Shown: positions 12,061-25,832, counted from the first letter of the stretch. The stretch: 64,000 bases of DNA from Octopus vulgaris (GCA_951406725.2 OX597824.1:36580001-36644000), one strand, 5' to 3'. Program-made: numbers and translations. The notes: generated by a model from the sequence alone, not told the origin.

Positions 12061-13972
12061 TCACTGACACTATCATTCATAATCAGACCCCACCCCATCA
12101 CATCATCACAGCCATTGAAACGATCGACATCATCGTTTATCTATTCATTGTTTATATTTTTTAAAAATTCTTTTCCCCATGTGTGATAACATTAAGCAAA
12201 ACCTGTCAGAGCCATAAACCAGACGAAACAAAATGCATCAATAGTTGAAAACAGTGAAATGTGTTTTTCCTATATCAGCTAATTTATGAAATTTGATGAA
12301 AATTATCTTCATTAAATTATATAATTATTTAAAGAAAATTAAGTTCCAGTGTGCTGGGAAGGGGAGCTTGCTTCCAAGAAATACTAGAAATGGTAGAACA
12401 GAATAATTTTGGAATGTCCTTTCACTTTGATCCTATTTACAAGCTGTAATAACCTATATTTGGAAAGATAACAAAAATAGTAACATTTCCAGCGGCTTTT
12501 GCTTTCTCACTCATAAGGAAGATATAAAACCACAGCGAATCTATTAATGCAGGAGGTAATATTTGCAGAAAAAATTCAATATTTCAGTATTATAATAATA
12601 ATGATAATAATAATAATTTACAGTTTGTAGAAAGAAATTGAATTGGTAAATTCTGGCCAAACAAGCTTTAGCGAGAGGAGAATTTTAGTGGAAAGAAAAC
12701 AGCTACTGAAAAGGAGTTTAATGGGTATGTTTGTATTAATAGCATTAAAGAAAGAAGAAATATGGGCTGTAAAGATTTCCCTTTGCCATTGGTGAAAATA
12801 TTAAATGATTTGTATAAATTTCAGAGCTAGAACAATAAAGTTGAAATGAAATGTAAGGAAGTAAGGAGATGTAGGGGTGGATACAATATTGAGATAAGGG
12901 GAAATTCAAGAATAATCTGTTATTGATTAAGAAAATATGTCAAATTCATTTGAAAATACCTTTCTTTCAATGAACTTGAAGCAATGTTTTTGAAGCAGAC
13001 CAAATCAAATAAAAAAAATACCAAAAAAAAAAAAAAGAAGCCTGTATGCCATTATCAGTTAAGAAAAACTACTGCTATAGGAAGAGTGATTAAGTTAAGC
13101 AAACATGAGAAAGGAGAGATAGAAAGACAGAAGAAGTAGGAAGATGAGAAGAAGGAGTAAAGTGATCAATATAGAAACTGTAATCAATAGATGTAAAGGC
13201 AGACTGTTGGTGGTATGCAGTGAGTTCAGGTGCCACAGTGAATAATGCAACTGTCAACTGAAAATATTAGTTTGCGAGTAAAGGTAAGAAATAGAAAGCA
13301 AGGAAGGAGATGAACAAAATAAATTGGAGAAATAAAGGATGGCTCGAAGAGATAAGGAGGAGACATAGAAGATCAATAAGATAAGATGGAGAATCAGTGG
13401 ATGAAAATGACCACTTGTTAATGCCATGAAGTAGCAAGAAAAAAAGATCAATCATAAACAAAAATGATGCCAAACTGTAAGGGTGCCACAAAATAGGATG
13501 GAAGAAATCGAAAAGGTTATAAGGAGAGAATAAAGTTGAAAATAGTGAAGGATTTGAGTGCAAGAATATAGAAAGATAGAGAGATGGTGAAGCATGATGA
13601 GCACGAGTGAGTATTAAGGTCAAGGAGAGGAAGAAAACGATTGAAGAGTGAGTTATGAGAAAACACAAGAGTAATTGTAGAAATATGGAACGGTTGTATA
13701 GAAAGAAGGATTTGAGTTTGAGATTAGAATAATGTCAAGAAGCTGAAGAAAATGTTATAAGTAGGAAATACATATTTGTTGTGGAATGGTGTTGAAGATA
13801 AGAGTTGTAGAAACAGCTGGATTTAAGAAACCCAGTATTGACAGAAAATAATAGCATTAAGGATTAGGAAACGATTCAAGAAATGCCAAAACAAAAGAAA
13901 ATAGAGGAATGGATAAGTTTTATGATAAATCTTCAAATAATAAATTGTAGTAGAGAGGGAAGGCCAATAAAT

Positions 13973-14009
<37 letters not shown>

Positions 14010-14678
14010 AAAGACAGACAGACAGAAGGTGAGAGAAAGAGAGAGAGAGAGAGACAGATAGTGGGAAGGAGTGAGAGAAATATAAAACATTAAAATAAGT
14101 TGAATGTAAAACCATTCTGGAATTAATAAAATATAACATTAAATTAATTTACAAAAATATTTCTAGAAAATCTTTATATACATCAAGTAAAAATATTGAA
14201 GTAAATGGTATCCAAACAACATTTGGTACCATATAGCTGTATGAAGTTAACACATTCTGCTTGTATACAATTAGTTAATTAATGCCAATTGAACATGTGA
14301 TAATTCTTTTGCTTTCTATATTTCCATGTTAGATTCTATATTTCTCTGTATGACTGGAGTTTCTGCTATTACATCAGGAATACAGATGATACTTGAATCA
14401 ATGTAAACAGAGGCAAGCAGAGTAAAAAGCACAAAACTAACAGACAGAATGAAACAGAGCTTAAATTCCAACTGTACGCATATTAAGTAGCCCATTTGAT
14501 TCATCTCAATGTCATAAAAATATCTATGTATGTCCACATATACATATTTCTTTCTCTCCTCCAGCCCCAAAGATGAAGACGACCATGCATACACACACAC
14601 ACACACAACACACATCGAGATCAATAGATATGTATAAACATGTGTGTATATAATACATATGTGTATGTACGTATGTGT

Positions 14679-14959
14679 GGAGGTGCAATGGCCCAGTGGT
14701 TAGGGCAGCGGACTCGCGGCTGGAGGATCGCAGTTGTGTGTATTTATTGAACGAAAACACCTAAAGCTCCACGAGGCTCCAGCACGGGGTGGTGGCAACC
14801 CCTGTTGTACTCTTGTGCCCCAACTTTCTCTCAATCTTTCTTCCTGTTTCTTGAGTAACACTACAATGGACTGGGGGGAACACATACACCACAGAAACCG
14901 GGAAACCAGGCCCATGAGCCTGGCTAGGCTTGAAAAGGGTGCATAAATGAAAAAACAAA
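14679..14959 (+). mobile_element. tRNA-derived SINE family F
   Basis: Head GGAGGTGCAATGGCCCAGTGGTTAGGGCAGCGGACTCGCGG with A box; B box deleted in this copy. Confidence 0.8.
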
Positions 14960-15629
14960 TGTACGTATGTATGTGTGTAGGTGTGTGTGTGTGTGTAAAT
15001 ATATATATACAAATATGTATGTGTGTATCTGTGATTGTGTGTATGTTTGTATATATCTAGTGATATAAACAAGAGTGTATTTTATACCCAAAGCCAATAT
15101 GAGAGTTTCTCTCGTGGTATCTATCACAGTATAGTTTGTTCTAACAGAACATCCACATTTAAGCTGGCATAAATATTTATACATGTATATAAAGATGGAT
15201 AGATGGCAGAATGAAAGAGAGAGACACAGAGATCACATATATTAGTTAATTTGTTTCTACGCCTGTTTTTTCCCACTTTCATATGAGTTATTGGAATATA
15301 TTCATATATATATCACTGAGTAATTGTTTTAAAGCTGGACACTAACTCTACCTTGTTTTTCATATAAGGGACCTCTTATTCCATACATTCTCAAAATCAC
15401 AGAGCCACTTGATATGTTAAATGAGAAATGGCAACAAAAGTCAATGCTTGACCTCACTTATTTTTACATGCAGAGCATACAAATGTAAACGCACACAGAC
15501 ATAATTAGCTTTGTACAGTTTCTGTCCAGCAAATTCTTTCAAAAATGCATTGATCAAATCAGGGCTACAGCAGAATTTTCTTGCCCAAGGTGCAAATATA
15601 TACATACATATACATATATGTATGTATAT

Positions 15630-15842
15630 GCGAGCTGGCAGAAACGTTAGCACACCGGGCGAAATGCTTAGCGGTATTTCGTCTGCTGTTACGTTCTGAG
15701 TTCAAATTCCGCTGAGGTTGACTTTTAGGGTGGATAAATTAAGTACCAGTTACGCACTGGGGTCAATATAATCGACTCAATCTGTTTGTCTGTCCTTGAT
15801 TGTCTTCTCTATATTTAGCCCCTTGTGGGCAATAAAGAAATA
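15630..15842 (+). mobile_element. SINE family B
   Basis: GCGAGCTGGCAGAAACGTTAGC ... CCCCTTGTGGGCAATAAAGAAATA. Confidence 0.85.
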
Positions 15843-16011
15843 TATATATATATATATCACTGTAGAAACACAGATAAGAGGGAAAAACTTTTGATATGCA
15901 TAACAAATGCGCAACCGGTAAAAAGAACTTTCACCTAATTAAATTACTTAAATTACTTAAATTATTTTGTCAGCATTTTCTTCATTTCCTTTTATATATA
16001 TATATATATAT

Positions 16012-16071
16012 GAATCTGATGAGTCACCTGTACTGCTAAGCACTTTATAGGTGTGAAACCAATGTCCATTC
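16012..16071 (+). ncRNA. type-I hammerhead ribozyme motif with intact catalytic core, in a Penelope-like remnant (~16010-16176)
   Basis: GAAT CTGATGA [G.CACCTGTA..TATAGGTGT stem II] GAAA C CAAT G TC CATTC. Canonical CUGAUGA/GAAA/GUC; stem I is short with one unpaired base. Confidence 0.65.
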
Positions 16072-16202
16072 TATGACCAACCATAACGTTTAACTTCCTA
16101 AAAAATATATTACTGCTCTATTGCTTTAGAGTGTGCTCCTTTTTCAGATATATGTACTATGGATGGATGGACAGATATATATATATATATATATATATAT
16201 AT

Positions 16203-16347
16203 CATCATCATCATCATCATCGTTTAACGTCCGTTTTCCGCGCTAGCACAGGTTGGACGGTTCGACCGGGGTCTGGGGAGCCAGGGGCTGCTCCAGGCTC
16301 CAGTCTGATCTGGCAGTGTTTCTACAGCTGGATGCCCTTCCTAACAC
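16203..16347 (-). mobile_element. RTE 3' tail fragment
   Basis: (CAT)n CGTTTAACGTCCGTTTTCC ... GGATGCCCTTCCTAAC. Confidence 0.8.
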
Positions 16348-16370
16348 CATATATATATATATATATGCGT

Positions 16371-16680
16371 GGAGGTGCAATGGCCCAGTGGTTAGGGCAG
16401 TGGACTTGCGGTCATAGGATCACGGTTTTGATTCTCAGACCGGGTGTTGTGAGTGTTTATTGACCAAAAACACCTAAAGCTTCACGAGGCCCCAGCAGGG
16501 ATTGGTGGCAATCTCTGCGGTACTCTTTCGCCACAACTTTCTTTCACTCTTTCTTCTGTTGGCCTGCTTGCTTAGCCAGTGGGGTGGCATCATTTGAAGG
16601 CTAAAACAATGCGAAGTGCATTGTGACCAGCGATGTGTAGCAACATCTGATAGCCTGGTCGGTCATGGTGACCACGGTGA
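16371..16680 (+). mobile_element. SINE family F, alternative 3' tail
   Basis: Same tRNA-like head as 14679 but tail CTAAAACAATGCGAAGTGCATTGTGACCAGCGATGTGTAGCAACATCTGATAGCC; this tail also occurs inverted at ~42985-43100. Confidence 0.8.
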
Positions 16681-16859
16681 TATATATATATGCACACACA
16701 CACATAAATGTATATGAAATATATATATATATATGTATATAGCTATATATAAATATGCTTGTGTGCATGTATGTGTGTATACATACATACATATATGTGA
16801 GTGTGTATGTAAGATGATTTGTGTGTGTTTGTGAGTGAGTCTTTAAACTGGGTTGGACC

Positions 16860-17600
16860 AGCCATTAAAACTATCAACAAAACTTCTTCGAATATGGCCA
16901 TAATAGATGATGATCTTTCGCTTTTTCACAATGTTTAGAATTGTTTTTCACTTATTTCTTGTAACACCCACTCATTTGCTCAATGACCCTTGTAAGAGAC
17001 TCATAACATTCTCCTACACACCCACATTTGTATATGCTTATTGGCCAGATAGGCACTCACACTAGCCTTGTTTTTAACTTAGTTGGGACACTTTTTCTGG
17101 TCTAGATGTTATTAAGCTTTTCCATGGATGATCTTGCTATGGCTAACCATGTCCTAATTTTTTTCTTGTTATCATGAATTGCAAAATTCAGAGTAACTAC
17201 AAGACTGGTCTTCTCGAAGGGCTGGGGGACCATGTCTCGCTTGAACTTTTAGCTCAATAACCTAATGCTTTAGAAATTTACTGTTGAGAATGAAAATATT
17301 GGAATTGTTAAAAATTCATTGAGAGGAGGAGTTTTGCATGTTTTCACAGGACAGTTTCTTTTGTTTATGCTGGTTGTTGAAGCATCAAAATTTTTGGTAT
17401 AATCATAGCTCGCTTAGCATTATTTTTAAAGATCTTATGATATCTATTGTCAACAAGGAAATGCTTATCTATACATTTAAGAAAATCCTGCTAAGATTGT
17501 TGCAGATGTATTCAATCATTGAAGCTACTATCTTTCAATGCTTCCTTGTAATAATGAGTAGAAGATTCCACATCAAAAGATAAGCTGGATTATTGGGATT
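16860..17600 (-). mobile_element. old RTE LINE ORF2 fragment
   Basis: Minus-strand remnants ILNIVKKRKIIIYYGHIRR and MWV.RRML match the RTE C-terminal region; heavily decayed. Confidence 0.55.
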
Positions 17601-20316
17601 AAGTTTCTAAGGATTACTAGTTTGAATTTATATTAATATACTGCAATTTCTCATTAGATTTGCAACAAGGATTGTGTTTACAAGTACTTAAGCAAGGTTG
17701 AACAGCATACATATTTTAGAAATCTTCCTAGTACTTTGTCAGTAACTAAATACAACTGCTAAGTGAATGCAGTACTAGAAAACACAGATAACATATTACA
17801 ACTTGGTATGGCCAAATCATACATTCCCAAAATTACATATTGTTCATGCCGTTTTATCACTGCTTGCAGACACTTAATCTTTTTCTTTTCCATATGACAA
17901 TCATTCACATTCATTTCACATACATTTATTATAGACTTTTATCAAGGATGTTGACTGTTTTAAAGTTTAATGTTATGGTTAAATACTAATATTGCACTTA
18001 TTATGTAACTGTTGCCATCTAAATAGCAACCTAACCTAGAGAAGATTTGTGGCACCATTGCCATATGGATTACACTATCATCAACCTATTAGGGTTAGTA
18101 TTTTAAAAAGCCTGTCTTACATGAGAACTTCTGTTTTGCCAGCTGTACTGTATTCTGGTTAATAGGCAGTTCTCATGCAACTGAAGAATGCAAAAAACTC
18201 AATCAGAATACAAGAAACCCAAGGTTTAGAATAGGGTGTGGATTGCAATGATACAAAATTATTCATAACAAGATACAAAGCTCTAATGAAAGCATAAGCA
18301 CCATAAACACAATATACACACAAAAAAATGTGACTAATGAAATCAATTTTAAAATTCCAGCAATAGATCTAAACAAATTTAGATGATAAAGTTTACACAA
18401 ATCACATTCACCTACCATAAAGGAGGCAGATTTTCATGATAATAACATTATATATATCCTGAAGATGAAACTGAGAAAATCTAGAAATATTGATGCTGGA
18501 TGTAGCAACTTGTGTTCCCTGTTTTATATGTGGGTGTGTACACATAGACAAAAGTAGTTTGCAATGAATGAGAGAAAAGTACCCAATACAGGTTGTATAG
18601 ATATTTCATTTAACAAAAGCCATTCATTACTACAGGTGAGACTGCTTTCTTAGATGGCAGGAGTGGCAGAAGAAAACAAAAGCACAAATGTGTATACAAG
18701 ATGAACTTATATATCTGATTAGTTAAAAAAAGTGTCCTTACATTGTTAACGTGTGAAATAGGGTGTGATTCAGAAAAACAAAAGACTTGTAAGCATTGAA
18801 TCAGTGAAGGAAGATAACCATAAGTGTCAGTTGAAAGAAATAAAGAATGAAGATGAGGTAAGACAAAATATGATGAATAACAATAAGATACTGTGAAAAG
18901 GAAGTTGAATAACATAAATATTAGGGGGCTGGCTGAGCAGGATGCACTTCTTATCCATAGTAGTTGAACGGGGCTTTATAAGTTGGGTGTTTAAGGAAAG
19001 TTATTGAAATGTAGTAATTAAATAAATGGTTAAATGAATGATTGATAATTAATTAAATAATTAAGTAAATAGATTAAGTAAATAATTAAGCTAAGTAAAT
19101 AGTTGCATAATCAAGTACGTAATTATATAATTAAACAGTCAGTTAATGATTAATAATTGATTAATAAATGATACAGGATAAAACAGAGGTTATATTAAGG
19201 CTTCAAGCAATAACAAGACATTACACTGTGGAGATGGCTGTGATCAAAGAGTAACCATGGTGTTATATGATACAGAACGTTATATGGTAGAGAATTATGG
19301 TGAAGAATTTGTAACTAAATGCCAATTAATTAGTGCCACTGCTGCAACTATTCTATGCCTTATTCACATCAGCAACTGTGTTCTGCTTGATTGTTGGGTT
19401 CTTTGGTTATTCATCTGCTTTTACAAGTGAAGTGAAATTGTGTTTACTTCTGTAACTGAACAAACAAGAGTATTGTATGTATTGGATCTTGAGGGAATTT
19501 TCAGTGAGTCTGATATATGTTGTTTTTCTCCATGTCAATAGACCAACTCCTTGAAGAGACATTTATTGCAATTAGCTACAGATACACCAGCATTAAAATA
19601 ATTGCAAAATGTTACCAGCAACAAAATCGTGGTTGAAAATTAGGGGTCTTAATGTCATCTAAACAACTATAGCTTATCTTATCAAAATTGTTATTGAAAA
19701 TTTTATGGTATTTATGAGAAGCAGAGAAGTGTGTACTTATCAGAGTTAGGAAGCACTTTACAATATTTGTAGACACATTTACACTGTATGGTGGTTTATA
19801 CCTCATTATTTTCCTCTTTATTTATTTTTCTTTTTTTGTTAGTCTTCACTACTTCTCCTTAGCTCTCTATTATTACATGGAATGGTTTGCTAAATAAGAT
19901 TTGCTAAATGACAGAGTGGAAATGTGTTTACTGAAAATGTCAATGAAGTGTCTAATAATTGTAGGTGAGAGGTTCGAGTATAAATAATGCAAACAGTTTT
20001 TTCATTAAGCTTATAGCATGGGTTTTGTTGACACATGTTCTGGTATAATGCCATATTTAGGAAATTTACCATTTTCAGGTTAGCGTTTATTACAAAATTT
20101 AGATCAAACTGTCTGAATATACTACATATATCCTTTTTCTAAGTTTGTCCATATCTTGTCCACTAACAGAGAACCTTAAATGTAAACTAATAAAGCCTTG
20201 AAGAGTGAAAAGAGTATAGTCAGCAGATGCATATCAGGTTACATTCATACATTATGTATATATATATATACACACAAGTAATTTATCAATCTATCTATCT
20301 GTCTGTCGTCTGTCTG

Positions 20317-20409
<93 letters not shown>

Positions 20410-20731
20410 TCGTTATAAGATCATAAGTCAGAAAAAGAGCATACCCTAAAATAAATAGAGCAGTTGTTTATTTTTGTATGTGTAATGTAACAAATTTAGA
20501 GAAATACCATTGGTTTCATATCTAGCATGAACTAGACATATCATCAGTTTCTCTAAATATATCAGGAAGAGACATGACAAAGAAAAAAATATTATCTTAT
20601 GAACTTCAGCTAATGACCATCCTTGGAATATAAGTAATGTGTGTGTAAAGTTTGGTAAAAACTGGTTGAGAATTGTAGAAATGTATGTGTTAGTCATTAT
20701 ACACAGTTACTGTGATTTATATATACTAGAT
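20410..20731 (-). mobile_element. possible non-autonomous Helitron-like element
   Basis: Minus strand starts ATCTAGTATATATAAATC, and the internal AAGTTTGGTAAAAACTGGTTGAG resembles Helitron-like families. 3' end uncertain. Confidence 0.35.
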
Positions 20732-20769
20732 ATAATTGAAGCAGTGCCACTACCAAGTTGTTTAAAAAT

Positions 20770-20996
20770 ATTTATTTCTTTATTGCCCACAGGGGGCTAA
20801 ACATACAGGAGACAAACACGGACAAAGGGATTAAGTTGATTACATCAACCCTAGTGCATAACTAGTACTTATTTAATTGACCCCAAAACGATGAAAGGCA
20901 AAGTCAACCTTGGCAGAATTTGAACTCAGAATGTAATAGCAGATGAAATACCGCAAAGTATTTCGCCCAGCATGCTAACAATTCAGCCAGCTTGCT
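20770..20996 (-). mobile_element. SINE family B
   Basis: Reverse complement of the family B consensus. Confidence 0.85.
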
Positions 20997-21595
20997 GTTT
21001 AAACATATTGAAGAAAAAATATTCATTTTGGATTTATTTAGTTTGATAGTGTAAAGCTGTACTCATCCATCTCTGGAAGTTTTCTGCAAGCACTATAATT
21101 TGTTAAAATGTACACTAATATTGCTGATACCAAATCCATTATATATAATGAATGTAAAGAAGTCGTTCTTTCCAGAAATATGAAAAATAAGATACAATTT
21201 TTTAGCAATCTATGGGTGCCTATGATGCAGGTGAAAATACTGGACCTTATCAGTCTGTTTGTAATACACCATATTTCTCACCTTTTGTATTCCCCTCTTT
21301 TTTTTCTGTCTTTTGTTTACCTCTTTCTTCTATTGATGACTGTGTCTATTTTTCATAAGCTTTAATTGTTTTTACATTAATGAACCATTTTTAGAAAATC
21401 TATTTCCAATTTATTAATTTCTAACAATAGCTCTTCAAAGATGCTGAACTATTAAGAGAAAAATAAAAAAAACTCATTTTTGCTAAGAGTTGTACACCCT
21501 AACAGAGGCAGAAATGGCTTATTTATCTATCTATGTATCTATTTATTTATTGTTGTTGTTGTAAATATCATCATCATCATCATCATTATTATACT

Positions 21596-21932
21596 GATAT
21601 TTAGTAGAGACAACAGAGTGACTCAAGTGACCAATAGTTTCATGCATTAGCACTTATCAAATTAGTTACAGATTGAAGAGTTGTGGATTTATATATCAGT
21701 GATAATAGTATTTTTCTCGATTGTTCTGGAACAAATTATAAAAACAATTACAATGTCACCTAGATAGTTCATTTTTTTCAAATATCTTATAATTTGTTCC
21801 ATAGCTATCCAGGGAAATGCTATTATCAACAGTATATAAATCCACAACTCCCCAGCCTGCAACTAGTTTGATAAGGACTAATGCATGAAACTCTCAGCCC
21901 TTGAGACACTTTGTTACTCCTGCAAAATATTA

Positions 21933-21933
<1 letters not shown>
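21596..21933. mobile_element. fold-back pair of repeat family D (~150-bp inverted arms), each arm with a hammerhead-like motif
   Basis: Arms 21596-21742 and 21786-21933 are reverse complements (GAGTTGTGGATTTATATA / TATATAAATCCACAACTC and GGAACAAATTATAA / TTATAATTTGTTCC). Motif TTGATAA GGAC-TAAT-GCAT GAAA CTC TC at 21868-21895. Confidence 0.7.
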
Positions 21934-21997
<64 letters not shown>

Positions 21998-22042
21998 ATT
22001 ATGTTTTGAGTTCTATTTTTCTCGTTTGCATCACCAAACCCA

Positions 22043-22095
<53 letters not shown>

Positions 22096-22154
22096 GCATA
22101 TATATACACATATATACATAAACATATATAAATACACATACATATATATATGTG

Positions 22155-22464
22155 TGGAGGCGCATGGCCTAGTGGTTAGAGCAGTGGACTCGCGGTCGAG
22201 GGGTTGCGGGTTCAAATCTAAGACCGGGCGATATGTGTGTGTTTATGAGCAAGACACCAAAGCTCCATGCAGCTTTGGCACAAAGTAAAGGCGAACTTCT
22301 GCTGACTCTTTCGCCACAACTTTCTCTCACTCTTTCCTCCTGCATCTTGCAGCTCACTTGCGACAGACCAGCATCCCAACCAGGTGAGGAACCTATACAC
22401 TAAGGAAACCAGGAAACCGGCCCTATGAGCCAGGCATGGCTCAAGAAGGAACAAACAACAACAA
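22155..22464 (+). mobile_element. SINE family F
   Basis: A box TGGCCTAGTGG, B box GGTTCAAATCT, (ACA)n tail. Confidence 0.85.
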
Positions 22465-22882
22465 TATATATATATGTATATATATACTTATATATGTATA
22501 TAAGTATAAGTATGTATATATATGTATATATATGTACATATATATATATGTATATATGTATGTAGGATTCTGTGAAATCTGGAGTGATCAAACGATGAGG
22601 GTCGAACTATGGCAAGAAACCATAAATAATAAGATAGCAAACCTATAGTTTACATGTGTGTGTGTGTGTGTATGTGTGTGTGTGTGTCAATGCATTTGTA
22701 AATTTTACCAATAAATAAATAAATAAATAAATAAATGTATCCAAATAACAAAAGAAAGTACTAAATACAAAATGCAGAGTTCTATTTATTGGAAGCTGAA
22801 AAACTTCCCTAATCATTAATCTGCATTTCTCATTTCTGGTCTTCATCTCTACAGAGTATATACCAGCTCAAGTCAACCAGTA

Positions 22883-22921
<39 letters not shown>

Positions 22922-23238
22922 GGAACATAATATAGGAAACATACATGAATAAAGAGAAAATATTTGAATAAGATGTTAGAATTGATTAGAATTGATGAGA
23001 AAACAACTATTGTGCATTGCTTTGTCAGGTTCTATACAGACAAATACATTAAGAGAGGGATGGGCACGTGGGTGGGCAGGGGATTTTTATATATTCTGAA
23101 GTACAAGGAACAGTATATGGGAATATAAAAATTCATGGGAAAAAGCTTGTGTATCATTCATTGTGTTATTGAAATAAATAATGTAAATACATTGTGAACG
23201 GCAAAGAAATTTTATGCAGAAAAAAATAAAATATATGC

Positions 23239-23285
<47 letters not shown>

Positions 23286-23681
23286 CCCCCCCCACACACA
23301 CACAAAGACATGTTTATATTTTCATGCATGAAAACATACATGTATACATGCAAGTATATATGCATGTGGTTACATATGCATGCATGTATAAGTGTGTGTG
23401 TGTGTGTGTGGTTGTTTGTGTGTGTGTGTGTATGCACATATAAGCTGGTCTTCTTCATTATATTTCAATACTGCATGTAGCGACACAACAATATATTTGA
23501 GAAGCCTCACATTCAGAAAATGCAACAATGGCACCAAAGACCAAATTATAAGAACAAACTGAGGAGATGTAGCTAACAAGGGTATACTGCCATTATGCCA
23601 ATTAAGTGGCAAAAAAGAAGAGGTTAGACCAGGGTGGGGAAACAAGTACGTATTATATCGACTCGAAAGGGATGAAATACA

Positions 23682-23704
23682 ATGATGATGAAGATGATGA
23701 TAAC

Positions 23705-23767
<63 letters not shown>

Positions 23768-23896
23768 GATAATGATAACTGGATTGTAAGATTGTAAAGA
23801 TTGTAAGAAAGGTCCTTGATATCTACGGGAACTGGTTGTGACTCGGTATCGAAGATATTGATTTTGAATGTAACACGTTCATGCATACCATGAATA

Positions 23897-23930
<34 letters not shown>

Positions 23931-24117
23931 GGAGGAGGAGGAGGAGGAGGAGGAGGATGAGGATAAAAATGATTTCAAATTTTTGGTATGAGGCCTGAAA
24001 TTTTGAGTGGAGGTGGGGTGGAAATTGATTACATCAACCCCAGTGCTCAACTGGTACTTTTTTTTATTAATTGTCTCCGAAAGGATGAAAAGCAAAGTCA
24101 AACTTGACTAACTTTGA

Positions 24118-24153
<36 letters not shown>

Positions 24154-24186
24154 TGATGATGATGATGATGATGATGACAATGATGA
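23682..24186. repeat. (GAT)n/(GAG)n/(TAA)n microsatellites around a partial minus-strand SINE B (~23965-24115)
   Basis: Visible repeats plus the SINE B core CCGAAAGGATGAAAAGCAAAGTC. Confidence 0.75.
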
Positions 24187-24237
24187 CAGTAAATATGTGG
24201 ATGGAAATGGTGTGGAATGTACCTTTGTAGGTATATG

Positions 24238-24282
<45 letters not shown>

Positions 24283-24598
24283 TTAAAGAATATTTAAAAG
24301 TCAACCCATTTATAACAAATCTCAAATTATATCTGCCAAAATACTATTTGAAAATGAAATAATGGATGGTAAAAAAAAGGCAAGGGGTTTACATATTTTT
24401 TGCTTGAGTAAAAACAGTAATTTTTGTAGATAACATAAAAGCCATTAATTCATTTTTGCAGGAGTTAACCAAAATGTACGTTTAAGAGACTCTTTAAAGC
24501 AAAAATGGAGCATATTTAGGAAAAACAAAGAGAGAAATAAAAGGAAAAAGGAAAAGGAAGTGTTTACATTTAGATATCAAAACTTCAACAGACTTTAA

Positions 24599-24876
24599 CC
24601 CTTTTACTCTGTCAAATGTAATGCTAGTTGATTCACATTTTGTTCTGAATTAATCATGCATTATCTCATAGCTTTGAGAGTTCAATGTTCTGTTTGCTTA
24701 TTTTCAGAATGACATTGTAGGATAGGTGTGAGAGGCCAGATCTGGTTGGTTTGACCATAAAACAGATAGAATAGTTCAGTGAGGTATGGCCAGTTTAAAT
24801 GTTCAGATCTGGCCAATTTGAATGTAAAACAGGTAGAATATTTTGGCATGATATGACCACTTTAAATGCTAACGAG
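24599..24876. mobile_element. piggyBac-type MITE with internal tandem duplication
   Basis: TTAA at both ends (24595-98, 24877-80) and degenerate CCCTTT / AACGAG termini. A ~67-bp segment CAGATCTGG..AAAACAG.TAGAATA..TTTAAATG is duplicated. Confidence 0.55.
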
Positions 24877-25451
24877 TTAAGGAATGAAGAGTTAGTAAAG
24901 AAATTGTTGTAGACTTTTGGTAGTACTTACAGAGGCTTATGCAGTCTTAGATACTGAGTTGTTTGTTATTGAGAGGTAAAAACTTTAGTTAGCAAACATC
25001 TAAGAGAAGAATGCAGAAAGTGCACAGCAGTAGAAGATAAAATCTAGGTATTTGTATTAGTTTATTAATATTTGAGGGAGAGCAGCTTAATAGTGAAAAG
25101 ACAGTTAGAAGACATTGAGAATGCAATACTGAGAAGCCCACAAGGCTGATTTTGGAGAAAATTAAATGTTAGGTCATACATTGGACTTCATAGTATCCTT
25201 GATTGAAAGAAATATCAAATTATTTATGGAGAAGGGGAATAGTTGATGTCATCAATTTTAGTGCCTGATTCGCACTTTATTTTGGGACAAGCAATGGCCA
25301 ACTGCTGTTGCATTCAGAGATGCTGAGAGGAGGCAATAGTTTAGATGTTAGTGTGAGTGTCACATTTTTGCTTCATCATCATTGTTTAACGTCCGTTTTC
25401 CGTGCCAGCACGGGTACATATATTAATGTCTGCAAGTAAAACAGACGTTAA

Positions 25452-25503
<52 letters not shown>

Positions 25504-25519
25504 CGATGATGATGATGAT

Positions 25520-25740
25520 TCCTGATTTAAATACAAGGCCCAAAATTTTGGGGGAAAGGAGAATAGTTGATGCCATCAATCTTAGTATTTGATTTCCAAT
25601 TTACTTTACTGGCCCCAGAGAGATGAAAGATAAAATTGATCTTGCTGAGAATTAAACTAAGAATGTGAAGAGTCAGAATGAATGATGGAAAGTATTTCAT
25701 CTCATCTTATAATGATTCTGCTTGATCATCACCTTCATTT
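25520..25740 (-). mobile_element. old SINE family B
   Basis: Diverged match to the family B consensus. Confidence 0.65.
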
Positions 25741-25832
25741 CATAATTTAAGAATAAAATTTTAAATATTTAATTACCATTAAACTACATCTATCCATCTG
25801 TCCGTCCGTCCATTCATCCATCCTTCATCCAT

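Noticed and set aside
13100-13920. Purine-rich block, possibly an ancient LINE endonuclease region (similar blocks at 34600-35900, 38190-38530, 61800-62560)
   Set aside because: Only isolated weak motifs; too decayed to assign without a profile search.
22155-22230. tRNA gene (also heads at 14679, 16371, 63310-63379)
   Set aside because: A/B boxes are present but there is no proper cloverleaf, and each head continues into a SINE body.
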